Positions 56,442 to 64,000 of a stretch of DNA of 64,000 nt are shown one piece after another. The DNA lies in contig MGCQ01000009.1 of assembly GCA_001790445.1 (NCBI GenBank), positions 81,491 to 145,490 of the forward strand. Direction: 5' to 3'. This stretch comes from Candidatus Saccharibacteria bacterium RIFCSPHIGHO2_12_FULL_41_12 (GTDB lineage: Bacteria > Patescibacteriota > Saccharimonadia > Saccharimonadales > 2-12-FULL-41-12). The position numbers and the translations under genes were made by a program. Position 1 is the stretch's first letter; each line of letters starts with the position of its first letter. The notes under the pieces were generated by a model. That model was not told where the DNA came from. It worked only from the letters and a program-made list of their open reading frames with translations, and searched no databases.

Positions 56442-57962
56442 CTAGATTTCGCTGAGGACGGTGATTTTTGCACCGAGTGAGTTAAGCCTTTTGGCGATAT
56501 CTTCGTAACCTCTATTGATAGTGTAGACATTTCTAAGTGTGCTTATGCCGTCAGCTGCTAACATCCCGATTAGTAATAAACTAGCAGGGCGGAGTGCAGG
56601 AGGACAACTAACGTCACCGTTTTCCCATTTGGTAGGTCCGGTGATAAATAGTCGGTGTGGGTCTGCAAGTTCTATGTGCGCGCCAATTTTGGTTAACTCA
56701 GTATAATAAATGGCTCTGTTTTCAAACATCCAGTCGTGGATCAGTGTTCGCCCTTTTGCCGTTGCACATATAGGCACAAAATATGGGATGTTATCTGGGT
56801 TAAGCCCAGGCCAAAGATTAGGGTGAATTTTTTCAATAGGAGAATGCAGGTTGCCATTGTGTTTCTCAATTTTTAGGTCGGCCAGTTCTGTAACTGCGTC
56901 GTCGCTGGGATAAGGTTCACTAACTTTACATTTTAATCCCATTTTTTGGAGTTTCAACAGTTCGAGACCGATCCAGTGTATGGGGGTACGTTTAATTGTG
57001 ATGCTTGAATTGGTAGTTACAGCTGCAGAGATGAAAAACATCGCCTCGATAGGGTCTTCTGTCGGGCTAAAAGAAATATTTTTCTTCGCCCCTGAGACAC
57101 CGGTTACTGTTAATACCGGCGATCCAACCCCGTCAATTTTTACCCCTAATCTTTTTAAAAATGCGCACAGATCCTGAACCATATAATCCGCACTTGCTCC
57201 CTGAATAACAGTTGGTGTTTCGTCCATCGAAGCTGCCAGAAGTGCATTATTAGTCACTGTGTTGCCGGCTTCGTAAAGAACCACTCGTTTGGCCGACTTA
57301 GGTCTGGAATGAACTCGGTAGTAGTGGTTTCTTGTTTCTATATCGACACCAAATTGTTCAAGTGCATAAAGGTGAGGGGTAACGGTTCTAGCACCCAGCT
57401 TGCAACCGCCGGCATATGGAATTTTAAAGTCTTTGTACTCGTGCATTAACGCGCCAAGAAACATGACTACGCTTCGGGTTTTTTTTGCAGAAGCAATGTT
57501 TATACCATCAAGATCTAATTTTTCTGGTCGCCTAATTTCAACGTCTCCGCCGCTGGTCCATTTGATTTTTACACCAATACTTTCCAAAGTTTCAATAATG
57601 CGATGAACTTCTTCTATTTTAGGGAAACATTTGAACCTGGTGACGCCTTTGTTGAGTAGACTAGCACATAGCAGTGCTACCGCTGCATTCTTACTTTTTT
57701 TTAGAGTAATGCTCCCGGACAGTTGGTGGCCACCTTCTATCCGTAAATTGGTCGCACCGCTGTCAACGTGGAGAATCGGCTTATTTAAAATATCGCTGAT
57801 TTTGCCGATCATGTTGATGCTGAGGTTCTGATTGCCTTTTTCAATGCGGTTGACGGCGCTTTGGCTGGTGCCAAGAGCCTTTGCCAGCTGACTTTGGGTT
57901 AGGCCTCTTTCTTGTCGTACATTCTGGATTAATATACCAATTTTTTCGTTTGTTTTCGGCAT
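56442..57962 (-). CDS. murA: UDP-GlcNAc enolpyruvyl transferase with N-terminal XRE HTH
   Basis: HTH (LTQSQLAKALGTSQSAVNRIEKG) then KNA, GGCKLGAR, FENR, RGYE. Confidence 0.92.
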   Translation of the reverse strand: MPKTNEKIGILIQNVRQERGLTQSQLAKALGTSQSAVNRIEKGNQNLSINMIGKISDILNKPILHVDSGATNLRIEGGHQLSGSITLKKSKNAAVALLCASLLNKGVTRFKCFPKIEEVHRIIETLESIGVKIKWTSGGDVEIRRPEKLDLDGINIASAKKTRSVVMFLGALMHEYKDFKIPYAGGCKLGARTVTPHLYALEQFGVDIETRNHYYRVHSRPKSAKRVVLYEAGNTVTNNALLAASMDETPTVIQGASADYMVQDLCAFLKRLGVKIDGVGSPVLTVTGVSGAKKNISFSPTEDPIEAMFFISAAVTTNSSITIKRTPIHWIGLELLKLQKMGLKCKVSEPYPSDDAVTELADLKIEKHNGNLHSPIEKIHPNLWPGLNPDNIPYFVPICATAKGRTLIHDWMFENRAIYYTELTKIGAHIELADPHRLFITGPTKWENGDVSCPPALRPASLLLIGMLAADGISTLRNVYTINRGYEDIAKRLNSLGAKITVLSEI

Positions 57963-58194
57963 GTGTAAGATAGTCTATATCACCAAAAGCATAATTGCAA
58001 GCATACAAGAATCATGCTATCAATTAAATATTTGTCTACTTTTCTATGCGTACGCACGGAAAATTAGACAAATACAGCAATTAGTATCTTCACTTATCAG
58101 TATTTGAATCTATTGGATTAGTAAATTATAAATTTGATGTGTTTTTGTATGTACATTTGAACAGATGGAGTCACCTGAGTTACAATTAAAGCAA

Positions 58195-59472
58195 ATGAAG
58201 AGGGATGATATAATTGACCAATTAATTGTTGAGGAAGTTCGGCGTCAGTCAGAGGGTCTTGAGATGATCCCGAGCGAAAATCACACATCTCAAAACGTGC
58301 TTGATGCGTTGGGTTCAAGATTGACCGACAAATACTCAGAAGGCTACCCCGGCATGCGTTACTACGGCGGTTGTGAAGTTGTAGATAAGGTTGAAAATAT
58401 TGCTCGCGATCGGGCCAAAAAGCTATTTGGCTGTGACCATGCAAATGTTCAACCGTATTCTGGATCACCTGGCAATATGGCGGCTTACTATGCGTTGGTG
58501 GATCCAGGTGACACCGTTATGGGGCTTCATCTTTTTTTTGGTGGGCATATGACCCACGGGCTTAAAGTAAATTTTTCGGGGACTTATTACAGATCAGTCC
58601 AGTATAAAACCGGACAAGATGGCTATTTAGATTATGATGCCATACAGCAGATGGCTACAGAAGAAAAACCAAGGCTACTCGTTGCTGGCGCCACTGCATA
58701 CCCAAGAATTTATGACTGGAAGCGTCTGAGAGAAATTGCTGATAGTGTGGGGGCTTGGTTTTTAGCTGATACTTCGCATATTACTGGCTTGATTGTGGGC
58801 GGGGAGCATCCATCACCCATCGGAATTGCCGATGTTGTTATGACTACTACCCACAAAACGCTCCGCGGACCAAGAGGAGCTATTTTACTTTGCAATGGTA
58901 ATCCATCTACCCCGCTTAAAAAGGTTGAAAGGACAAAGGAAAATCTACCAACGTTACTTGATCGCGCTATAATTCCAGGCTTGCAAGGTGGTCCACATAA
59001 TCATCAAACTGCAGCGATTGCTGTGGCCCTCAGGGAAGCGTCTCAGCCAGAGTTTAAAATATATGCCCGTCAGATAGTCAAAAATGCCAAAAAACTAGCG
59101 GAAAAGCTTCTAAAAAAAGATTATAACCTTGTCACAGGCGGTACTGACAACCACTTGTTGCTTATTGACTTAACAAATAAGGGCGTAATTGGGGCAGAAG
59201 CAGAGACTGCGCTGGGCAAGGCAGGCATAACAGTTAATAAAAACGCGGTGCCGTTTGATCCGCGTTCACCATTTAGTCCGTCAGGAATTCGTCTAGGAAC
59301 ACCAGCGCTCACTACAAGGGGCATGAAGGAACGAGAAATGGAACAAATTGCCGAATGGATTGACCAAGCAATCAGTAATCATTCAAATGACAAAAAACTT
59401 GCCCAAATTAAGGCCGAAGTTAAAGAACTTTCTAGCAAATTCCCGCTCCCAAGTAATCAAAAAAATGGTTAA
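58195..59472 (+). CDS. glyA: Serine hydroxymethyltransferase
   Basis: IPSEN, YSEGYPG.RYYGG, TTTHKTLRGPRG; alternative start 58165. Confidence 0.98.
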   Translation: MKRDDIIDQLIVEEVRRQSEGLEMIPSENHTSQNVLDALGSRLTDKYSEGYPGMRYYGGCEVVDKVENIARDRAKKLFGCDHANVQPYSGSPGNMAAYYALVDPGDTVMGLHLFFGGHMTHGLKVNFSGTYYRSVQYKTGQDGYLDYDAIQQMATEEKPRLLVAGATAYPRIYDWKRLREIADSVGAWFLADTSHITGLIVGGEHPSPIGIADVVMTTTHKTLRGPRGAILLCNGNPSTPLKKVERTKENLPTLLDRAIIPGLQGGPHNHQTAAIAVALREASQPEFKIYARQIVKNAKKLAEKLLKKDYNLVTGGTDNHLLLIDLTNKGVIGAEAETALGKAGITVNKNAVPFDPRSPFSPSGIRLGTPALTTRGMKEREMEQIAEWIDQAISNHSNDKKLAQIKAEVKELSSKFPLPSNQKNG

Positions 59473-59914
59473 ACATTACGACAGACACAAACTAGTTCCA
59501 GCAGTTTACGCTATTGTCCGTAAGCAAAACCAGATATTATTCATGCGACGTGCGAATACTGGATACATGGATGGTATGTATAGTTTGCCAGCTGGTCATG
59601 TGGAGACTAAGGAAAGCGCTACTGTCTCCATGGTGCGTGAACTAAAAGAAGAAATTGGTATTGATGTTGCAATTGAACATTTAAAATTTGTACATGTAGA
59701 GCACACAGTATCCGACGAGAGGGATCACGAGCGTGTTCACTTTTTCTTTGAAGTTACGCAGTGGATTGGCGAGCCCTATAACGCTGAACCAGATAAATGC
59801 GATCAGCTAAAATGGTTTGACATTAACAATTTACCGACAAACATTGTTCCAGAGGTAATCAGTGTATTGCCTCTAATCAATGATGGCCAATATTATAGTG
59901 AATATAACTTCTGA
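59465..59914 (+). CDS. NUDIX hydrolase
   Basis: RRANTGYMDG, AGHVE..RELKEEIG, NAEPDKC. Confidence 0.88.
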   Translation: MVKHYDRHKLVPAVYAIVRKQNQILFMRRANTGYMDGMYSLPAGHVETKESATVSMVRELKEEIGIDVAIEHLKFVHVEHTVSDERDHERVHFFFEVTQWIGEPYNAEPDKCDQLKWFDINNLPTNIVPEVISVLPLINDGQYYSEYNF

Positions 59915-59929
59915 TTCAATCAGATACTT

Positions 59930-60952
59930 TTAGATGATTTCTGGTTCTTGGGTTAACGTTATTTCAAATTTGTTTTTGATTTTATCGACGACTGCATCCC
60001 GAAAGGCTACAAGTTGTGCTGTTGTTGTGGCATGGTCGTTAACTAATATAAGAGGTTGCTTGTCCCAGACGCGCATGCCGGTGTTCTTTTCTACATAGCC
60101 TTTGAGCCCAATAGCTTCGATCAGCCAAGCTGCCGATACTTTAATATTCCCCTCTGGTAATTCCCAATACTTTATTTTGGGGTAATCTTCTTTAATTTCA
60201 CGCAACTGGTCAAGTTCTATTATTGGGTTGGCAAAAAACGAGCCACAATTTGGGTATTGCTTTGGATCCGGGAGCTTATTTGTGCGAATGTTGATGACTT
60301 CTCTACGAATATCTGCAGAAGTCGGCCTTGTTATATTCTGTTTTTTGAGAGCGCTATCTAGTGAGGCGTAAAAAGGGCCTCGGGGCGGATCTTTTGACAG
60401 CGAAAAGGTAATAGAGAAAATAAAAAATCTGCCTTTGTCTTTGCCTTTAAATCTGCTAGTTCTATAGCCAAATTCACAATCAGCGTTTGATAGCGTAATA
60501 AAATCTTTGAGTTCACGGTCATAAGCTTGCAAGGACGTGAGAGTTTGAGATATTTCACCTCCGTAAGCTCCAACATTTTGTATGGGTGTTCCGCCAGCCG
60601 TGCCTGGGATAAGAGATAAATGCTCCAGACCTGACAGTCCAGACTCAACGGTTTTGGCAACTACCTCGTCCCAGTTGTCCCCACTGCCAACGGTAATAAA
60701 TACTTGATTAAGTGATTGATTAACTTCGTAATTTTTGATATTTGAAACTATAACCAGCCCTGGATAACCAGAATCTTGCCAAATGATATTACTACCAATG
60801 CCGATCATAATTGCGTCGATAGATTTGCTGTCGGCAAATTCTACTGCTTCTTTGAGTTCGAACATATCTTTGACTTCGCAATAATAGCGAGCGTTGCCTC
60901 CCAGGCGCATGGTTGAATGCTCTTTTAAGCTAACATTTTCTATTATTTTCAT
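59930..60952 (-). CDS. murB: UDP-N-acetylmuramate dehydrogenase
   Basis: GSNII, IPGTAGG.PIQNVGAYG, CGSFFANP. Confidence 0.95.
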   Translation of the reverse strand: MKIIENVSLKEHSTMRLGGNARYYCEVKDMFELKEAVEFADSKSIDAIMIGIGSNIIWQDSGYPGLVIVSNIKNYEVNQSLNQVFITVGSGDNWDEVVAKTVESGLSGLEHLSLIPGTAGGTPIQNVGAYGGEISQTLTSLQAYDRELKDFITLSNADCEFGYRTSRFKGKDKGRFFIFSITFSLSKDPPRGPFYASLDSALKKQNITRPTSADIRREVINIRTNKLPDPKQYPNCGSFFANPIIELDQLREIKEDYPKIKYWELPEGNIKVSAAWLIEAIGLKGYVEKNTGMRVWDKQPLILVNDHATTTAQLVAFRDAVVDKIKNKFEITLTQEPEII

Positions 60953-61026
60953 ATGATAATAGTATAGCGCAAATATTGTAACTTTTTATGCTTGCATGCA
61001 TTAGGCTGAGAGCGTAGCATGTAGCT

Positions 61027-61548
61027 ATGGGTTCTAACAAAAACAACCAAGACCAACCATTCCAAGAACTAGGTGCCCAGATACGATCCCTGCGAGAACA
61101 ATGGGATCAATCTATCAGTGAGTTATCAGGTACGCTGGAACTTGATCCTTCAGTGCTCGTTGCCATAGAATCCGGTAAAACATTGCCCAGCGAAGACATC
61201 CTGGACATGATTATTGAGCACTTTTTGCTAACTGACGAACAAGCAGAAGAAATGCTTAAAACAATTGAAGAATATGACACCAAGACTCAAGAAGCGCTCA
61301 GCAAAGGGTTAGAAGACGCATTGACCAAACAAATGGTGATGCTCATGCCTATTGATAGCAAAGTGGTTTATACCGACAGCATGCAAGCGACAGTCAATCA
61401 GGGCGGGGTAGTCATCCAATTCTCTCAACAAGTTAATGGACAGGCAGTGCCAGTGTCCCGCGTCGGCATGAGCCGTGAACACGCAGAAAAAATGATAGAA
61501 GTACTCAAAGAGACAATCAAATCCTTCGACCAAAACAAAAAATCTTAA
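61027..61548 (+). CDS. XRE-family HTH protein with C-terminal domain
   Basis: LGAQIRSLRE..S..EL..IESGKTLPS; leaderless after TTGCAT-17-TAGCAT. Confidence 0.78.
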   Translation: MGSNKNNQDQPFQELGAQIRSLREQWDQSISELSGTLELDPSVLVAIESGKTLPSEDILDMIIEHFLLTDEQAEEMLKTIEEYDTKTQEALSKGLEDALTKQMVMLMPIDSKVVYTDSMQATVNQGGVVIQFSQQVNGQAVPVSRVGMSREHAEKMIEVLKETIKSFDQNKKS

Positions 61549-62198
61549 AAATCCTTAAGCATTTGTGGCGTAAAGTCATGAAGAGAGTGAAGAATAATGT
61601 CGGCTGCGGCAAACCGTTTGTTATTTATCATTTTAGGTTCTGGTATGGCTATACACTTCATTTTCGCAGCTTTTGCAGCTAACACCCCATTTACGGAATC
61701 CTCAAAAGCTAGACAGTGATTGGGATGTACGCCGAGTTCCTTAGAGGTGCTGATATACACCGATGGATCAGGTTTGCCAAGGGCCTCATCGTGAGCAGAG
61801 TGGATAACATTTATTTTGTCTGTTATGTCCAACTTTTCTAAAACTGTATTAATAAGCAACATAGATGAAGAAGAAACGATAGCTATCGGTAGCCCGGCAG
61901 CTTCACAGATGGTAATCGCTTCTTGATATCCTGCTTTAGCCGTTCCTTTATCACGAATCAATTTAATGGTCATATCATCTATTTGTTGGCAGATTTCTTG
62001 TCGAGATGGTTTTTGCCAGGGATAGCGTTTGTGCCAATGCCCAACCACTTCGTCGACGCGCATACCCACAGTCTGTGTTGTCATCTGCGATGTCAGTGGC
62101 ACGCCAACTCTATTGAATATCAAAATTTCCGCTTCTTCCCATAAAGGCTCGCTGTCAATTAACAGTCCATCCATGTCAAAGATTACTGCTTTTATCAT
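61545..62198 (-). CDS. HAD-family phosphatase (YniC/HxpB-like)
   Basis: FDMDGLLIDSE, KPDP, FEDSVNG. Confidence 0.9.
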   Translation of the reverse strand: MIKAVIFDMDGLLIDSEPLWEEAEILIFNRVGVPLTSQMTTQTVGMRVDEVVGHWHKRYPWQKPSRQEICQQIDDMTIKLIRDKGTAKAGYQEAITICEAAGLPIAIVSSSSMLLINTVLEKLDITDKINVIHSAHDEALGKPDPSVYISTSKELGVHPNHCLAFEDSVNGVLAAKAAKMKCIAIPEPKMINNKRFAAADIILHSLHDFTPQMLKDF

Positions 62199-62280
62199 GC
62201 GATTAGTATAGCAAACAGACAAAAAATAATGTTCACATGGCGTAGAATTGGCACGATATTATTGCTGAGGTTAGAACTAA

Positions 62281-62769
62281 TTATTTCAAATCAATGGTTT
62301 TGAATATTTTGCGTTGATAACCATCACCATCTGGGAAAAGGTCAATGATAGAAACTGACTTAACCCAGACTTTTTGACCAGCCTGGAGTTTGCCTGACTT
62401 TTGAAAAGTGCTATGAGGCAAGTATCCTTCACCTTGGTATTGTGGTTCATTATAAATTGCTTCAGATTTTTCAAGCCAGTTGTAGATTTTCTGATAAAGT
62501 TCCATCAATTCATCAGTTTTCTTAATTTTCATAACGGCAACTTCTTTATTTTTGTCAAACATAGCTTTTTTATGTGCCACTATCAGAAAACGTGATTGAT
62601 CTGACAGAAGACTTGCAAGCTGATTGCTCATCCAGACACCATCGTGGTCAATTTTAAAAACTCCCGCAAGGGTTAAATGCAAAGGGGAAGACGTATAGTA
62701 AAATCTGAAACCTTCAGTAACATTTTCAAATAGCACGATAATTGCCCATTTTTGTGTAAACTTTTCCAT
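62281..62769 (-). CDS. 2H phosphoesterase / 2'-5' RNA ligase family
   Basis: Two HxT motifs (HLT, HST). Confidence 0.75.
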   Translation of the reverse strand: MEKFTQKWAIIVLFENVTEGFRFYYTSSPLHLTLAGVFKIDHDGVWMSNQLASLLSDQSRFLIVAHKKAMFDKNKEVAVMKIKKTDELMELYQKIYNWLEKSEAIYNEPQYQGEGYLPHSTFQKSGKLQAGQKVWVKSVSIIDLFPDGDGYQRKIFKTIDLK

Positions 62770-62818
62770 ATGCTTATCATAACAAAAAAGACTTCACCAA
62801 GATCCTTAATCGTAAGCA

Positions 62819-62848
62819 TGGTACATCCAGTAGGATTCAAAACTGCAA
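62819..62848 (-). other. Degenerate tRNA 3'-end remnant
   Basis: TTGCAGTTTTGAATCCTACTGGATGTACCA, 21/30 identical to the 3' end of the adjacent tRNA-Arg, inverted. Confidence 0.55.
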
Positions 62849-62874
62849 TAATGTTATAATTATCAGACTTTCAG

Positions 62875-62951
62875 GCGCCCGTAGCTCAGTGGATTAGAGC
62901 ACTGGTCTTCGGAACCAGGTGTCGCAAGTTCGAATCTTGCCGGGCGTACCA
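62875..62951 (+). tRNA. tRNA-Arg(UCG)
   Basis: CTGGT-CTTCGGA-ACCAG anticodon arm, CCA. Confidence 0.95.
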
Positions 62952-62954
62952 ATT

Positions 62955-63138
62955 TGACCTCCAGATCATTTGGCTTTAGGCTAATGCAAGGAAAGCCTTT
63001 GTTTGAGAGATTAGGTGTATTTGAATACAGCTGATCGAACAAATAAAGAAGCTTGACGCAGAAGTAGCCAAAGGGCATAAACAGAATTTCTGGCTCTGCC
63101 AGGAAGCAGGTTTATGCGGCCAAATGATCTGGGGGCCA
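62955..63138 (+). ncRNA. Structured element B filling the tRNA-Arg/tRNA-Lys spacer
   Basis: Perfect 14-bp closing stem 62961-62974/63119-63132, two internal arms; homologous to element A. Confidence 0.7.
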
Positions 63139-63209
63139 GTAGCTCAGCTGGTTAGAGCACCTGCCTCTTAAGCAGGGTGTCGAGGGTTCGAGCCCCTCCT
63201 GGCCCTCCA
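63133..63209 (+). tRNA. tRNA-Lys(CUU)
   Basis: CCTGC-CTCTTAA-GCAGG, CCA. Confidence 0.97.
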
Positions 63210-63215
63210 ATACGC

Positions 63216-63902
63216 TTATGCTTTTTTGAGTTTTGCTGCGAAACGAAAGTTACTCCGACTGTATCTAGCATATTCGGCTGGATCAGCTTGATAACCTGAC
63301 TTTTCAACTTTTGGCTCGCTTTGAACTACTAAACTTAAACCTACTTCTCCAAGTAGTCTGCTATTTAGTAATCCCTTTAGGTCATGTATGTATGCTTGAA
63401 TTTCTGTCCCCCAGGGAGTTTTTTGAGTAATCCATTTTCCCATATTAGCAACCCTATCCTCAGATGAGTATGGATTTGAATCAATAATAAACAGTATTCC
63501 TTCGCTAGTAAGTACTCTGCTAGATTCTTCGATAAACTTTTTCAGATCTGTGTCATCCATTTGATGTAAAAGCATATTTGAAACTATTAGATCAAATGAA
63601 TCTGCCTGAAATGGAAGTTTAGATACTCTTCCTTGGAATACGGTTGCTGTTGGATAATTATTAGCATAACTTTCTACCATACCTCGATCTATATCAATGC
63701 CATAAATATTTTCAGCATGCATTCCACTATCTATTAAATGACCAGTTACCCTGCCAGCTCCACAGCCAGCATCTAATACTCTAGGGTTTTGTCCGTAAAT
63801 TTCTCCTAAATATAAGTCGATAGTAGGTCTTTCTAAATATTGCCAAGAAAATGAACCCTCACTAAATGTCACGAATTCTTTGCCTTGTCCATTATTACTC
63901 AT
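63216..63902 (-). CDS. Class I SAM methyltransferase
   Basis: VLDAGCGAG, SFDLIVS, RVL..G; start trimmed to ATG 63902. Confidence 0.88.
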   Translation of the reverse strand: MSNNGQGKEFVTFSEGSFSWQYLERPTIDLYLGEIYGQNPRVLDAGCGAGRVTGHLIDSGMHAENIYGIDIDRGMVESYANNYPTATVFQGRVSKLPFQADSFDLIVSNMLLHQMDDTDLKKFIEESSRVLTSEGILFIIDSNPYSSEDRVANMGKWITQKTPWGTEIQAYIHDLKGLLNSRLLGEVGLSLVVQSEPKVEKSGYQADPAEYARYSRSNFRFAAKLKKA

Positions 63903-64000
63903 AAAACAATATTGGCTGTAATTCGTTTGTTTTGCAAGCATTAGTATCTTGAAAGCAAGTAGATATAGCGTCTACGATGGCCCTCCAAATGAAAACACCT

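Noticed and set aside
58029-58074. Hairpin upstream of glyA as a ZTP or glycine riboswitch
   Set aside because: A simple 46-nt hairpin lacking aptamer consensus, upstream of the likely glyA promoter.

Overview
This is a chromosomal segment of a Patescibacteria (CPR) bacterium, most likely Candidatus Saccharibacteria. That assignment is inferred from gene content and style: short HrcA, HTH-fused MurA, MurT/GatD, a type IV pilus cluster, a membrane-anchored Clp ATPase and many near-leaderless genes, read in standard code 11. The window holds the heat-shock locus (hrcA-grpE-dnaK-dnaJ with CIRCE operators), comEC-yebC-ruvCAB, a pilBC-pilin-pilMNO cluster, recA/recX, ino1, a PIF1 helicase, tsaE/B, rny, prs, purF/N/D, murT-gatD, ilvE, murA/B, glyA and seven tRNAs. 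The core operons are repeatedly interrupted by accessory genes. The non-coding DNA is the most interesting part: (1) two tandem promoter-hairpin RNA-terminator units directly in front of an NYN ribonuclease inside the dnaK-dnaJ operon, a candidate RNA-antitoxin/nuclease system; (2) several ~170-275 nt strand-specific structured elements, some with closing stems that copy the flanking host sequence (CIRCE/-35, dnaK RBS, tRNA 5' end); (3) a Leu/Ile leader-peptide attenuator upstream of the ilvE-containing unit; (4) nuclease-linked small palindromic repeats (RAYT, GIY-YIG), two of them in-frame inside dnaK; (5) a LAGLIDADG-like ORF whose stop codon lies inside tRNA-Pro; (6) a recurring TGCTTATGG-like motif in promoter spacers. 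All structures were read by eye, and no database search or folding program was run.
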